A DNA stretch of 64,000 nucleotides from Octopus sinensis (lineage: Eukaryota), in assembly GCF_006345805.1 (NCBI RefSeq), contig NC_043002.1:70494001-70558000 (forward strand), in the 5' to 3' direction. The translations under genes were made by a program, and so were the position numbers. The notes below the pieces were generated by a model. The model saw only the letters and a list, made by a program, of their open reading frames with translations. It was not told the DNA's origin and ran no database searches. The first letter of the stretch is position 1. Every line of letters starts with the position of its first letter. This document shows positions 41,321 through 52,445 of the stretch, one piece after another.

Positions 41321-42113
41321 TCTAGAGAATAAAGGTCGAGCGTCTTCAGCCTTTCTTCATAAGACAAATTCTTGAGACCAAGAACCATGCGGGTAGCCAG
41401 CTTCTGGACTCTTTCGAGATGCTGTATGTCTTTGAGGAGATAGGAGAAGAGGTTTGAATCCCGTACTCCAATATGGGTCTCACCAGCGTGACATAGAGCG
41501 GTAGGAATATGGCTGCTGTGAGCATTCGGAATGACCGTCGAATCAAGAACAGAACTCCGCGTGCTTTATTGGCAGCATGGACGCACTGGGCCGAAGGTGA
41601 AAAGGAGGAATCCACCAAGATACCCAGGTCCTTTACCTGATCGGTCTTCTCCAGCAGAAGACGACCCGGCTCGAAATCAAGTTGAATTGCAGGGGGAGAG
41701 CCAACAGGCAGATGACAGCACTTTGACACGTTCAGACACAAGTCCCATTCGTTAGACCATCTCCAAATTTGGTGGAGGCATCGACGAAGATCCTCTATAT
41801 CACCGCGAAGAGCGACCACTTTGACATCGTTGGCAAATAGAAGGGTGTGTTGCGTGAGGTCGTCGGGCAAGTCGTTTATGAAGACTAAGAACAATAAGGG
41901 CCCAAGCACTGAACCTTGAGGCACGCCACTGCTCGCACTGGAGACGTCGGACCGCGAACCATTAACTTGGACTTGGAAGGAGCGATCTGAGAGGAAGGCA
42001 CCAACCCATCGTACAATATCCGGATGGAAACTATATGCTTGAAGCTTGACAAGTAATAGGCGGTGGTTTACCGAGTCAAAAGCTTTGGCAAAGTCCAATA
42101 AAACGATGTCATA
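41321..42113 (-). mobile_element. CR1/L2-type LINE reverse transcriptase fragment, truncated at both ends
   Basis: LDFAKAFDSV, GVPQGSVLGPLLFLVFINDLP, LFAND (YADD position), LNVSKC, KDLGILVD, LVRPILEYG, then after a frameshift LSYEERLKTLDLYSLE. Confidence 0.92.
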
Positions 42114-43325
42114 CATACACACACACACATACACACATAATAAAGGTAAAAAATTGAATATTAATTTGATTAATATGAATTGAAAACCAGTAGTGTAGCA
42201 TATAAGACCATAGCGGATCTTCTTATAACAAAATGGATGACTATTGTTAATGGTTCATCCCTGTTATATAATACTTTCACTTTAATAGTGAAAGTGTCTG
42301 CATTACAAAAGAGAGATGTGTTTGTTTCACTTTTAACACGTAATACTGAAATAGTGGAGAAGATATGATATTGCTGTGGGGTTGCCCTAGGGAAAAAGTT
42401 AAGATTTCTTTGCTGATGACACTCCCCGGACCTTAAGTAAGGCATGTATAAAATTTGAATGAAATTGGTTGTGTAGTTCTCAAGTTTAGGGAGAAAACAC
42501 ATACAGACAGGCAGACATTCTCAGTTTTATATATAGAGAGATTAATAAAGGGATGGCCAAATAACTCTATGGCCAAAGACAATCCAACCATGACCATTCA
42601 TTCTTTGCCGCTGAAATGCAGAATATTAGACCTATATTATCCAATGTGCTTTACTCTTTTACAACGGTTAAGTATAATATGAAAGGGGTTTATTTGATAT
42701 TCTGTCATATAAAGGACACACTAAAAAGTTTTCTTGAAGACAGTAAAAAAAATTCTTTTAAGATAATGATTGTCGTAGTTTAAACATATTTAAAATTTTC
42801 TTTATTCTGGCATAATCCCAGGTATCTACTGAATATATAAACCTCTCTCGGATTATTTATGAAAAATTTAATCTTCGATTATCTAAACGTAATCTGAATA
42901 TTTTTATTCTTCATTCTAGAATAAAGCAGGAATGTTTCTATGTAAGACTGTTCGAAAGAAACATTATTCTATTGGAAGATATCCACCTGCGACAATTTAT
43001 AAAATGATTGATGCTTGTCTTGCCATTCACTCAAAGATCGTCTGGGCATGAATTCCAGCTATTGATGTGTTGTGGATTGGTTTTCACATCAGTTGTATAA
43101 AAACGTTTTACATATCACTTGACTTATTATATTCTCCTTATAATACGGATTGTCATACTATACGAGCGCTGTTGTTGCGATTCTAGCCAGAAATTTTCTA
43201 TGTTTCAGTATTTCGGAATCATCATTTTTTTTTTTTTTTTAATCTTAGAAACAACAATCCTAGGTTCTCGTATGCATTCATGTTTGGATGATTTCAGAAA
43301 TAATGGGAAGATTTGAAATAGATAC

Positions 43326-43332
43326 AATAATA

Positions 43333-43377
<45 letters not shown>

Positions 43378-43445
43378 CAACAATAAATAATAACAATGAT
43401 AATAATAAATAATAACAACAATAAATAATAACAATGATAACAATA

Positions 43446-43487
<42 letters not shown>

Positions 43488-43614
43488 CACAATAAATAAT
43501 AACAATGATAATAATAAATAATAATAATAATAACAATAAATAATAAAAATGATAATAATAAATTATAATAATAAATGATAATAACAACAATATATAATAA
43601 CAATGATAATAATA

Positions 43615-43647
<33 letters not shown>

Positions 43648-43665
43648 TAATAACAGTAAATAATA

Positions 43666-43698
<33 letters not shown>

Positions 43699-43723
43699 TA
43701 ATAACAGTAAATAATAACAATGA

Positions 43724-43759
<36 letters not shown>

Positions 43760-43798
43760 ATAATATTAACAATAATAATAATAATAAATAATATTAAC

Positions 43799-43837
<39 letters not shown>

Positions 43838-43942
43838 TATTAAGAATAATAAATAATAATAATAATAAATGATATTAAGAATAATAAATAATAATAATAA
43901 TAAATAATATTAACAATAATAATAATAATAATAATAACAATA

Positions 43943-43977
<35 letters not shown>
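43326..43977. repeat. Compound (AAT)n microsatellite
   Basis: Directly visible. Confidence 0.98.
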
Positions 43978-44365
43978 TGTGTAGTTACGTACGATAAAAC
44001 TCATACATATGCTGTTATGTATGAGATCTGTCATGAGTCACTTTATGCATAACAAAGCGTGTGGAAATATAGAATCTAGATAAATACGCTTCCATAAACA
44101 ACTACATTTTAAGAAAAGAATCATACAAGAAAGCAAATCTTTGTCCAAGCACATATTCAATAAAATGCTTCGGCGCACATGAATATGGAAATATGTTATA
44201 TAATATATTAGTGTGCTTAAACATTTACTTAACGAATGATACATTCCTCTCTCGCACACTAGAGGCACCTAGCCGATAATATATGACACCCAAGAACTCT
44301 TTTGTTTTCCTTCTCCCACGCACACGCGAGACACACACAAAACACAAATAAACAATATGTGTATA

Positions 44366-44417
<52 letters not shown>

Positions 44418-44508
44418 TTATCACGATGTTTTCAAATATTCTAGCTCAGCAGATTTTAGTAGAGATCCATGGTGTTTGCAGAAACAGTACACCCGTTTAA
44501 TATTATTA

Positions 44509-45370
44509 GATTACATGGAAAAATACGAGCAAGAGAAATAATATTCTTAAGATTATAAACCTGGAAAATTACAGGACAAGTTATTACACTTGGAAAAGTT
44601 CAGGACAAGTTATTACATCTGGTAGTTTACAGAACAAGAAACTTTTTACTTAAAATATTGCAGCTAAGCATAAAATTACAAATAAAATATTTAGATTTAG
44701 AAATTATTAGCTTTTATTAAAACTAAAAATTTTATTACAAGTAACTACTTCTATTTGTTATTACTTGTTTCTTCTATTAAAAGTAACTCAAAATATTTTG
44801 TGCACTTTAAAAAAATTATTTTTAAATATTATTAATTGATAATCAGAAATTTGAAAATAGATTATAAAAATAATAGTAGCACATAATTAGTTAGTGCAAT
44901 AATTAGGATAATACAAAAATTAGTTATATATTACAGTAAAATCTACCTAAAAAATTCACAGTAAAATTTGCTTGAGTTATTGCCAAGTCTTCACATTTTT
45001 AGTCATGACCCAATGCCTAGTTTTACATAAGGAATTTGCCTACCATACATACTATTCTAGTTTGCATAAAACATTCGCTGTGTCGGTATTTCTGGCTCTC
45101 ATTTTTTAAGTATTCTAGTGTATCATTATTTTAACAAAATGGTGGTACCGTTTTTAATTATAATGCTACTTTGTAAACTAAAATCAAATAATTTTTAATA
45201 TTGAAATTTTATCCTTCGCTGCAATATTTTAAGTAAAAATTTTCTTTTTTTGTGCTTTACCAGATGTAAAAACTTGTCCTGAACTTTTCCCCGTGTAATA
45301 ACTTGTGTAATTTTCCAGGTTTATAATCTTAAGAATATTATTTCTCTTGCTCGCATTTTGCCATGTAATC
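44509..45370. mobile_element. MITE-like element with about 170-bp terminal inverted repeats
   Basis: GATTACATGG...GAGCAAGAGAAATAATATTCTTAAGATTATAAACCTGGAAAATTAC is mirrored at 45200-45370; AT-rich non-coding interior; no clear TSD. Confidence 0.75.
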
Positions 45371-45726
45371 CATGGTTTTTCCAGGCTATGCTATTATACT
45401 AATTAATAATGTGTCAAACGTGTCAATAAAAATAAGCAATTGCATCGTCAATTTTCTCTTTAATTTATTGTTTGTAATTTGAATTATAATCATATTTATG
45501 TAGTATTCAGCTGATGTACCATTGATTGGTCGGCAAGAACTTTTTCTCCTCCATTTTTCTATAATTGGGTATGGTATATTTATACCTATAACTATATTTT
45601 TCAACTACTATTTTCATATTCTTACTACTTGCTCTGGCTGTTTTTCATGAATATGATGAATCTTTATTAGAAATCATTCTTTCTCACCTTTTAGACCTCT
45701 CAAAAAGTTTTTGGAACTTATTTTTT

Positions 45727-45804
<78 letters not shown>

Positions 45805-46537
45805 GTGTGTGTTATTTACTGATTGAATTTTCAAATTGTTAATTTGCAAAAATTATATCAATGTATTTTCATGCAGAACTATACTTTATCAAAAAGTTCC
45901 CTCCAAAAATGAATGTTTGGAAGGGGTATATTCTAAATATAACTCAAAGAGGAGAAAAAGGAAGAAATGAAGAAAAAGGAAGGAAAAAGGAAAGAAGAAA
46001 AGGAAAAAAGATGAGTGATAGAAAGAAAACATCGTTAAACCCATTCCAATACAAATTGTAAAGGAAAAATAATCAAATAAATGAATGAATCACCATTCAT
46101 TTATAGGAAGGTGGATACACTCTCTCTCTCTCTCTCTTTCCCTCTACCCATATGTCTGACTATCTCTCTATCTGTCTGACTGTCGATCTGTCTATCTATC
46201 AGCCTATCTACCTACCTATATTTCTATCTATCCATCTCCATTGTCTTGGAACTTCCCCCCCCACCCCAAAAAAAACAATATTTTCTTCTAAACAAAACCA
46301 CCAAACAACAACTTTTTTATATATAAATGAACAAGCAGTTTGTACATTCACAAAATTGTATTTGACAAGTTCTAGAGAGGACCGAAAGTGTTAATAATAT
46401 TGAAGAAATAAAAGAATTTTCTTCCAAAATTCTGCCGACTTTTTTCTCAAAACACAAACACACACATACATACATACATACATACATACATACAAACATA
46501 CATACATACATACATACATACATACATACATACATAC

Positions 46538-46625
<88 letters not shown>

Positions 46626-46751
46626 TTGTGACCCCATACAGGTACACACAGATAGATGGATAAACACACACACATATGGGCATATGTATGTGTATGTATA
46701 TATATTATATATATATATAATATATGTATGGATATCTATATATATACATAT

Positions 46752-46814
<63 letters not shown>

Positions 46815-47204
46815 TGTATATACAGAGAATTATAGTTTTACCGAAACAACTCGCAAACTATTAAGATTTCAGTCATAGCATTTGTTAAGACATAGCCATA
46901 GTACAAGACACCTTGCCTAGATTACTAAGCAGCTATATCGAACCTGGAGCCTTTGTTTACAAAGATAACTTATCAGAAATTGGACAGCCATGCCGGCGGT
47001 AATGATTGATAGGCCTTTTTGTAAGAACAGCATCTCACCGACTTGCAGTGACTTGCATGTGCCAATAGAATTCGAAGACGTGACACAAGAAGAGATAACT
47101 AAATGCACTTTGGTTTATATTTTCTTTTATCATTCCAAATATGTACTGTATTTTGAGACAAAGTATTTTGTCTTTGAATATTTACTTAGACACTATACGT
47201 CAGT

Positions 47205-47510
47205 TTGTGGAGGCGCAAAGGCCCAGTGGTTAGGGCAGTGGACTCGCGGTCGGAGGATCGCAGTTTCGATTCCCAGACTGGACATTGTGAGTGTTTATTG
47301 AACAAAAACACCTGAAGCTCTACGAGTCTCCGGCAGGGGGTGCTGGTGCACCCTGCGGTACTCTTTCACCACAACTTTCTCTCACTCTTTGTTTCTGTTG
47401 TACCTGTATTTCAAAGGACGAGCCTTGTCACAGTGTGTGTCATGCTGAATCACCCCTATAACTACGTTAAGGGAACATGTGTCTGTAGAGTGCTCAGCCA
47501 CTTGCACTTT
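47205..47510 (+). mobile_element. tRNA-derived SINE family C
   Basis: GGAGGCGCAAAGGCCCAGTGGTTAGGGCAGTGGACTC...GTTTCGATTCCC. Confidence 0.85.
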
Positions 47511-47529
47511 AATATATATATATATATGC

Positions 47530-48010
47530 ATATGTGGCTACAGAACATCATGAAACCTGTACAACAAAAAATATGAAAGAAGAGTACATGGAATATGAAC
47601 AATTTTTTCGCACGACGAAAGATACAAATGGAAAACAAGACGAACAACACAAAGAAAGACCCTTAATCAGTTGTTGGTTGCTTTTCTAGTCTCATATTTC
47701 GAGCATTTAACAATGTACGCTTTCAATAAAACAAACCTTCCTCTTTGTGTTACCTATTTTGACCCTCCGTAAAATTCCCAAATTTTATTTTTTTTGCAGG
47801 AGCAACTGTTTCATCGAAAGCATATATTGTTGTTAAATATTCGAAATACGAGAGAAGAAAAACAGTCAACAACCGATGAAGGGTCGTTCCTTATGTTATT
47901 TGTCTTGTTTTCTATTTGTCTGTTTCGTTGTCCGGAAAAATAGTGCATATTCCATGTACGCGTACTTCGTATTTTTTGTTGTACACTTTTCATAAAGTCC
48001 TGTGCCCACT
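47530..48010. repeat. Long imperfect inverted repeat (arms about 47530-47730 and 47815-48010)
   Basis: GTACAACAAAAAATA...GTACATGGAATATG...GAAAACAAGAC...GACCCTT.ATC.GTTGTTG occurs on both strands. Confidence 0.7.
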
Positions 48011-48230
48011 TATGCATATATCTATATACGTATAGATGTAAGTATGTACACATACGTTTGTATATATGCATATATATGTATGTATGTATATATATATATA
48101 TATATATGTATGTATATAGATATATACATATATATATGTATGTATATACATATATGCATATATATATGTATATATTTATATGTATATATATGTATAGATG
48201 TATGTATATATACGTATGTATATATATATG

Positions 48231-48263
<33 letters not shown>

Positions 48264-48403
48264 TTGTATATATATGTATGTATATATATATATATGTATA
48301 TACATATATATATACATATATAGCCAGATTGCCATGTTGATTCGTTAGCTTCTGCACGCATTTTTTTCTCTCCTTGTTTCTTTCTGTGTTTCTTTTCTGT
48401 GTA

Positions 48404-48441
48404 TCTTTCTGTTGAAGAGCGTAGGCTCGAAACGTAAAAGA
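48404..48441 (+). ncRNA. Type I hammerhead-ribozyme-like motif (A6U variant)
   Basis: TCTTT-CTGTTGA-A-GAGC-GTAG-GCTC-GAAA-CGT-A-AAAGA: stem I TCTTT/AAAGA, 4-bp stem II, palindromic ACGU stem III, GUA cleavage triplet. Confidence 0.5.
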
Positions 48442-48537
48442 CTTGTTTTATTTATATTCCTGAGAGCCATACTAATACAATTGTTTGTTTATATTCCATC
48501 TGCCTTGGTCTTTTGTTTATTTTCATAAAGCTTCCCG

Positions 48538-48574
<37 letters not shown>

Positions 48575-49245
48575 GAACAATCTTACTTAGAAATGGACGC
48601 GTGCGTTCCGTCATATAATAAATTAATAAATAAAGCATATGCATATATACATATATGTACGTACCTACCTCTACATGTATATATAGATGCATATATGGGT
48701 ACAGAACACCAAAAAAACGTCGAACACAATGAGAAACGAAAACATAAACACAAAACCAAGGAACTGGAAATTTTTCTTAAACAACGAAAAAATAGAGTAC
48801 AGGTCAAAAAATACAAGGAAAATTCCCCTTCTTCAGTCGCCATGGTTTCATTTACTCTGCGTTTCGAAGATGAAGGCGATACGCATCTTCGATTGAAACT
48901 TTCCTTGCCGCGAAAAGCAAATTAAATAAAATTTGAGATACTTTTGCGGAGGGGTAAAAATGGTAACAAAAACAGGACAGTAACGACAGTACAAAGTATA
49001 AACAGCAAAAGACAGGACAATGATAATAACAAGAAAAGAAGGGCTGTTAAGCCGAACGAGATAAAGTATTACGAACGCTATTTTTGAGAACGGCGAAGGA
49101 GCAACAGAAAATGCCATGTACACTTGAAGGAAGCCAGGTCAGAAAGACAGTAGCAGTGCTCTCGTCACGGGTCAATGAGAGGAGGAGCAAGAGAAAGGGA
49201 GAGAAAAAAAGGAAATGGTTGTAGAGAAAACCAGAAAGAATGAAG

Positions 49246-49287
<42 letters not shown>

Positions 49288-49770
49288 AGGTAGAAGAAAA
49301 AGAAAACCCCAAAAAATGGAGGCTGACAAAGGGAGGGGGACAGAAAGGTTAAGAGTGCGCATCATTATTAATATTAAGAACAATCTTATTTAGAAATGGA
49401 TGCGTGCGTTCCGTCATATAATAAATTAATAAATAAAACGTATGCATATATACATACATATATGTACGTACCTACCTCTACATGTATATATAGATGCATA
49501 TATGGGTACAGGACAACAAAAAAACGTCGAACACAATGAGAAACGAAAACATAAACACAAAACCTTCCTTGTGTTATTTGTCCTGTACTCTATTCCTTGG
49601 TTTTGTGTTTATGTTTTCGTTTCTCATTGAGTTCGACGTTGTTTTTGGTGTCCTGTACCCATATTTGCATGTATATATATACATGTAGCGGTAGGTACGT
49701 ACATATATATGCATATGTTTTATTTATTAATTTTATATATATATATATGTATGTATATATATATGTATGT

Positions 49771-49817
<47 letters not shown>

Positions 49818-49955
49818 TATGTATGTATATGTATATATATATATATATGCATATATAACGGGAAGCTTTATGAAAATAGACAAAAGACGAAGGCAGGTGG
49901 AAAACAAACAAACAATTGTATTAGTATGGCGCTCAGGAAATATAAATAAAACAAG

Positions 49956-49993
49956 TCTTTAACGTTTCGAGCCTACGCTCTTCAACAGAAAGA
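49956..49993 (-). ncRNA. Type I hammerhead-ribozyme-like motif (second, inverted copy)
   Basis: Minus strand TCTTTCTGTTGAAGAGCGTAGGCTCGAAACGTTAAAGA (GUU triplet). Confidence 0.45.
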
Positions 49994-50209
49994 TACACAG
50001 AGAGAAAAAAAACACAGAAAGAAGGAGAGAAAAAAAATGCGTGCAGTAACTAACGAATCAACATATGTTTATATATATATATATATGCGTATATATACAT
50101 ATACATATGCATACATATATTTACATATACATAAATATACACGCACACATATATATATTTAACGTATACATATATATACCGTATATTTAATGTATTATTA
50201 TATATAAAT

Positions 50210-50448
50210 ATAGTCTAATAAAGGGACATAAATACCCTCGATAGAAAAAAAAAAGAAGACGTTCCTATTCGCGTGGGAGTCGAACCCATGTCCCTTTATT
50301 AACGCGGCTAAGTGTTACCTATACACCAGTGAAACAGCTTCCCTCTTCCTGTCAATTTTAAGAACTATAATAGTTCGTGATTGTTTTTTTTTTATATGTA
50401 AACAAACTTTCTATATGCTTTGGCTTTTATACCCCTTTATTAGACTAT
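50210..50448. mobile_element. About 240-bp element bounded by 16-bp inverted repeats, containing a tRNA-like Pol III unit
   Basis: ATAGTCTAATAAAGGG (50210-50225) and CCCTTTATTAGACTAT (50433-50448). Confidence 0.55.
50260..50335 (-). pseudogene. tRNA-derived (Val-like 5' end) sequence with A box, B box and downstream T10 terminator; not a foldable tRNA
   Basis: Minus strand GTTTCACTGGTGTATAGGTAACAC... (A box 50318-50328), GGTTCGACTCC (B box 50276-50286), T run at about 50245-50254; acceptor and anticodon stems do not pair. Confidence 0.6.
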
Positions 50449-50476
50449 TTGCCCTAGTTTTTGCACGGTGATCGCA

Positions 50477-50484
50477 TATAAAAA
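50477..50484 (+). promoter_or_regulatory. Candidate TATA box, 30 bp upstream of the first array unit
   Basis: TATAAAAA at 50477; C-A at 50506-50507 is where homology to the repeat unit begins. Confidence 0.5.
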
Positions 50485-50694
50485 GGCTGTGTCGATTAAG
50501 TAACGCAAAAACACGAACCATTTGGTCGGTTGTGTTTTTTTCGGCTCCTGAAAATTCGGTAAAAAAGAACAAAAAGCGTTGTTGTTGTTGTGGAAATTCT
50601 GAACGGCGTTGACGCGGTTTCGCGTTTCGCTCGTTCAGCGCGTTAAACTTTTTTCTGTTTTGGCGGCCGTTTTCGGTCTGTCAGACAGAAGGAA

Positions 50695-51843
50695 ATGGAC
50701 TATGAGTCTCTAACAGACTTGTCCACGACAGATGAGGAACTGGAAAAGGCAATTGCAGTGAAGCTGATGGAGGAAAAGGCTGGAGTTTTCGAGTCTTTAT
50801 CAGACTCGCCTACGTCTGAGAAGGAGCTAGAAATGGCAGCGAGGAATTTGGAAAAGAAGCTGAGTTATACTTATGCCGGTGTAACCAAGAAGGCGGAAGA
50901 GAAAGAGGTCGACTTGGCCAAGCTACCAAGTTACCAGAAACACATGAAAAAGGAAAGCGGTGAGGTGGAACTATCACCGACACCCAGGAGAAAAGAATGG
51001 TATGATAAGAGGACCATTGTTTACAGGGTGTGCGCAAACGAAAGGAAGAGGGTAGAAGTTGTATCCATGGAATGGATAGAGGAAGCCCTGCGAAGAACTG
51101 AGGAGGAAATAAATTTTCTGACTCGAGGATCCAAGTATGGGACCGTAGTTGTGCATTTTAAAAGTGAATCTGCAGCGAGGAAGATGGCGGCGAAGGCGGT
51201 GAAGTCGGAAAAGGTAACACTGTTACCTACGTATTTAAACAGGAGGATTACACGAATAAGGGTGGAGGGAGTGCCACCAAACGTGGAGGCAGAATGGATT
51301 GTGGCGGCTGTGATCAGCGGCCACGAGGACGAAGTAGATATTCTCCATGCCTCGGTTAAGTCCGAGGGCTGGAGAGGCGTAACAGTGGAGCTGAACGTAC
51401 AGGCAGAGACCGAGGTACTGGTGGACCTGACGGAAAGCATCAGACTGGGAGAAGTGATCATGAGAGTGTGGGTGGAGGGCAGGGCTCCACGTTGTTACAA
51501 GTGTGGCCTGAGGGGTCACATAAGAGCCTTCTGCCCTCCCCCAGGGAAAGAAATGGATTCCGAACCAGAGAGAGAGAAGCAGAAACCAGAGGAGAAGGAA
51601 ACAGAGGAAGAGAATACACAGAAATGGAAGGAAGCTGGAAGTAAGAGGAAGAGAAGAATACGTGGAAAAGAAAACAATATGGAACTCCAATCCACCCCAA
51701 AACCACCCACGCCCTCTGAGTCCCACCCTACCCATGCAGACATTGAACCCACCCGCTCCCCCCCAACAAGAAAACAAAAGAAAAAAAAGAATACACACAC
51801 ACAAGAGAATGAAACGATATCAGGATGTACATTTGTACTATGA
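50695..51843 (+). CDS. LINE ORF1-like protein, copy 1 (382 aa; C-terminal module out of frame)
   Basis: RRM-like GTVVVHFKSESAARK and RIRVEGVPPNV; CX2CX4HX4C knuckle CYKCGLRGHIRAFC at 51493-51534; single-base deletions near 51810 and downstream. Confidence 0.75.
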   Translation: MDYESLTDLSTTDEELEKAIAVKLMEEKAGVFESLSDSPTSEKELEMAARNLEKKLSYTYAGVTKKAEEKEVDLAKLPSYQKHMKKESGEVELSPTPRRKEWYDKRTIVYRVCANERKRVEVVSMEWIEEALRRTEEEINFLTRGSKYGTVVVHFKSESAARKMAAKAVKSEKVTLLPTYLNRRITRIRVEGVPPNVEAEWIVAAVISGHEDEVDILHASVKSEGWRGVTVELNVQAETEVLVDLTESIRLGEVIMRVWVEGRAPRCYKCGLRGHIRAFCPPPGKEMDSEPEREKQKPEEKETEEENTQKWKEAGSKRKRRIRGKENNMELQSTPKPPTPSESHPTHADIEPTRSPPTRKQKKKKNTHTQENETISGCTFVL

Positions 51844-52244
51844 CTGAACAGAAAGAAGTTAAAAGTCTAATGGAAGAGTATAAATGGTATGATGTTGGTG
51901 AGACTAGGTATGCTGTGATTGAAAAGAAGAACATAGGTGAGTTTATGGGAGGTGTGAAAGGAAGAATTGGGAGGTGAAAGATATAAGAATGAGCGATGAA
52001 TTCGTGGAAAATATGGATGAGTATTTCGGAGTAAGAATGGATATGGAATTTATTCGTATTGGCAAGAACATTCAAGTGACTATGAAAAACAAAGGACAGG
52101 TAAGTGATGCTGACGGACGGGGCCGTTGGTATCGCTTTCATTTAATCATTTTTTCGTTTAACAATTCATGTTCATAAAATTTAATTGTAATGTTATATGT
52201 CCCCATGTTTCTTAGTGTCCCTTTCTGTGTCGCCCCTAGTGGGT

Positions 52245-52250
52245 AATAAA
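52245..52250 (+). terminator. Polyadenylation signal at the end of unit 1 (present in every complete unit)
   Basis: AATAAA followed by GAAAT and a short A run at each junction. Confidence 0.55.
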
Positions 52251-52445
52251 GAAATAAAAAAACACGAACCATTTGGTCGGTTGTGTTTTTTTCGGCTCCT
52301 GAAAATTCGGTAAAAAAGAACAAAAAGCGGTGTTGTTGTTGTGGAAATTCTGAACGGCGTTGACGCGGTTTCGCGTTTCGCTCGTTCAGCGCGTTAAACT
52401 TTTTTCTGTTTTGGCGGCCGTTTTCGGTCTGTCAGACAGAAGGAA

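Larger units (their letters stand above)
39391..42541 (-). mobile_element. Helitron with both termini, internally rearranged
   Basis: 5' end A|TCTCTCTATATATAAAACTGAG at 42541; 3' end hairpin, 8-nt spacer, CTCG|T at 39391 (same architecture as the 36615 end); encloses a PIF1 helicase remnant. Confidence 0.7.
48334..50064. mobile_element. Penelope-like arrangement: about 210-bp inverted pseudo-LTR arms enclosing direct and inverted internal duplications
   Basis: Arms 48334-48542 (+) and 49855-50064 (-); segment 48570-48760 is repeated directly at 49372-49563 and inverted at about 49592-49740. Confidence 0.6.

Noticed and set aside
48950-49130. Possible GIY-YIG endonuclease C-terminal remnant on the minus strand inside the Penelope-like structure
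   Set aside because: Only a vague YFISF..LN-like resemblance with stop codons; too weak to call without an HMM search.
50260-50335. Functional tRNA gene
   Set aside because: The acceptor stem has several mismatches and no anticodon stem forms; only the promoter boxes and the D and T arms are recognisable.
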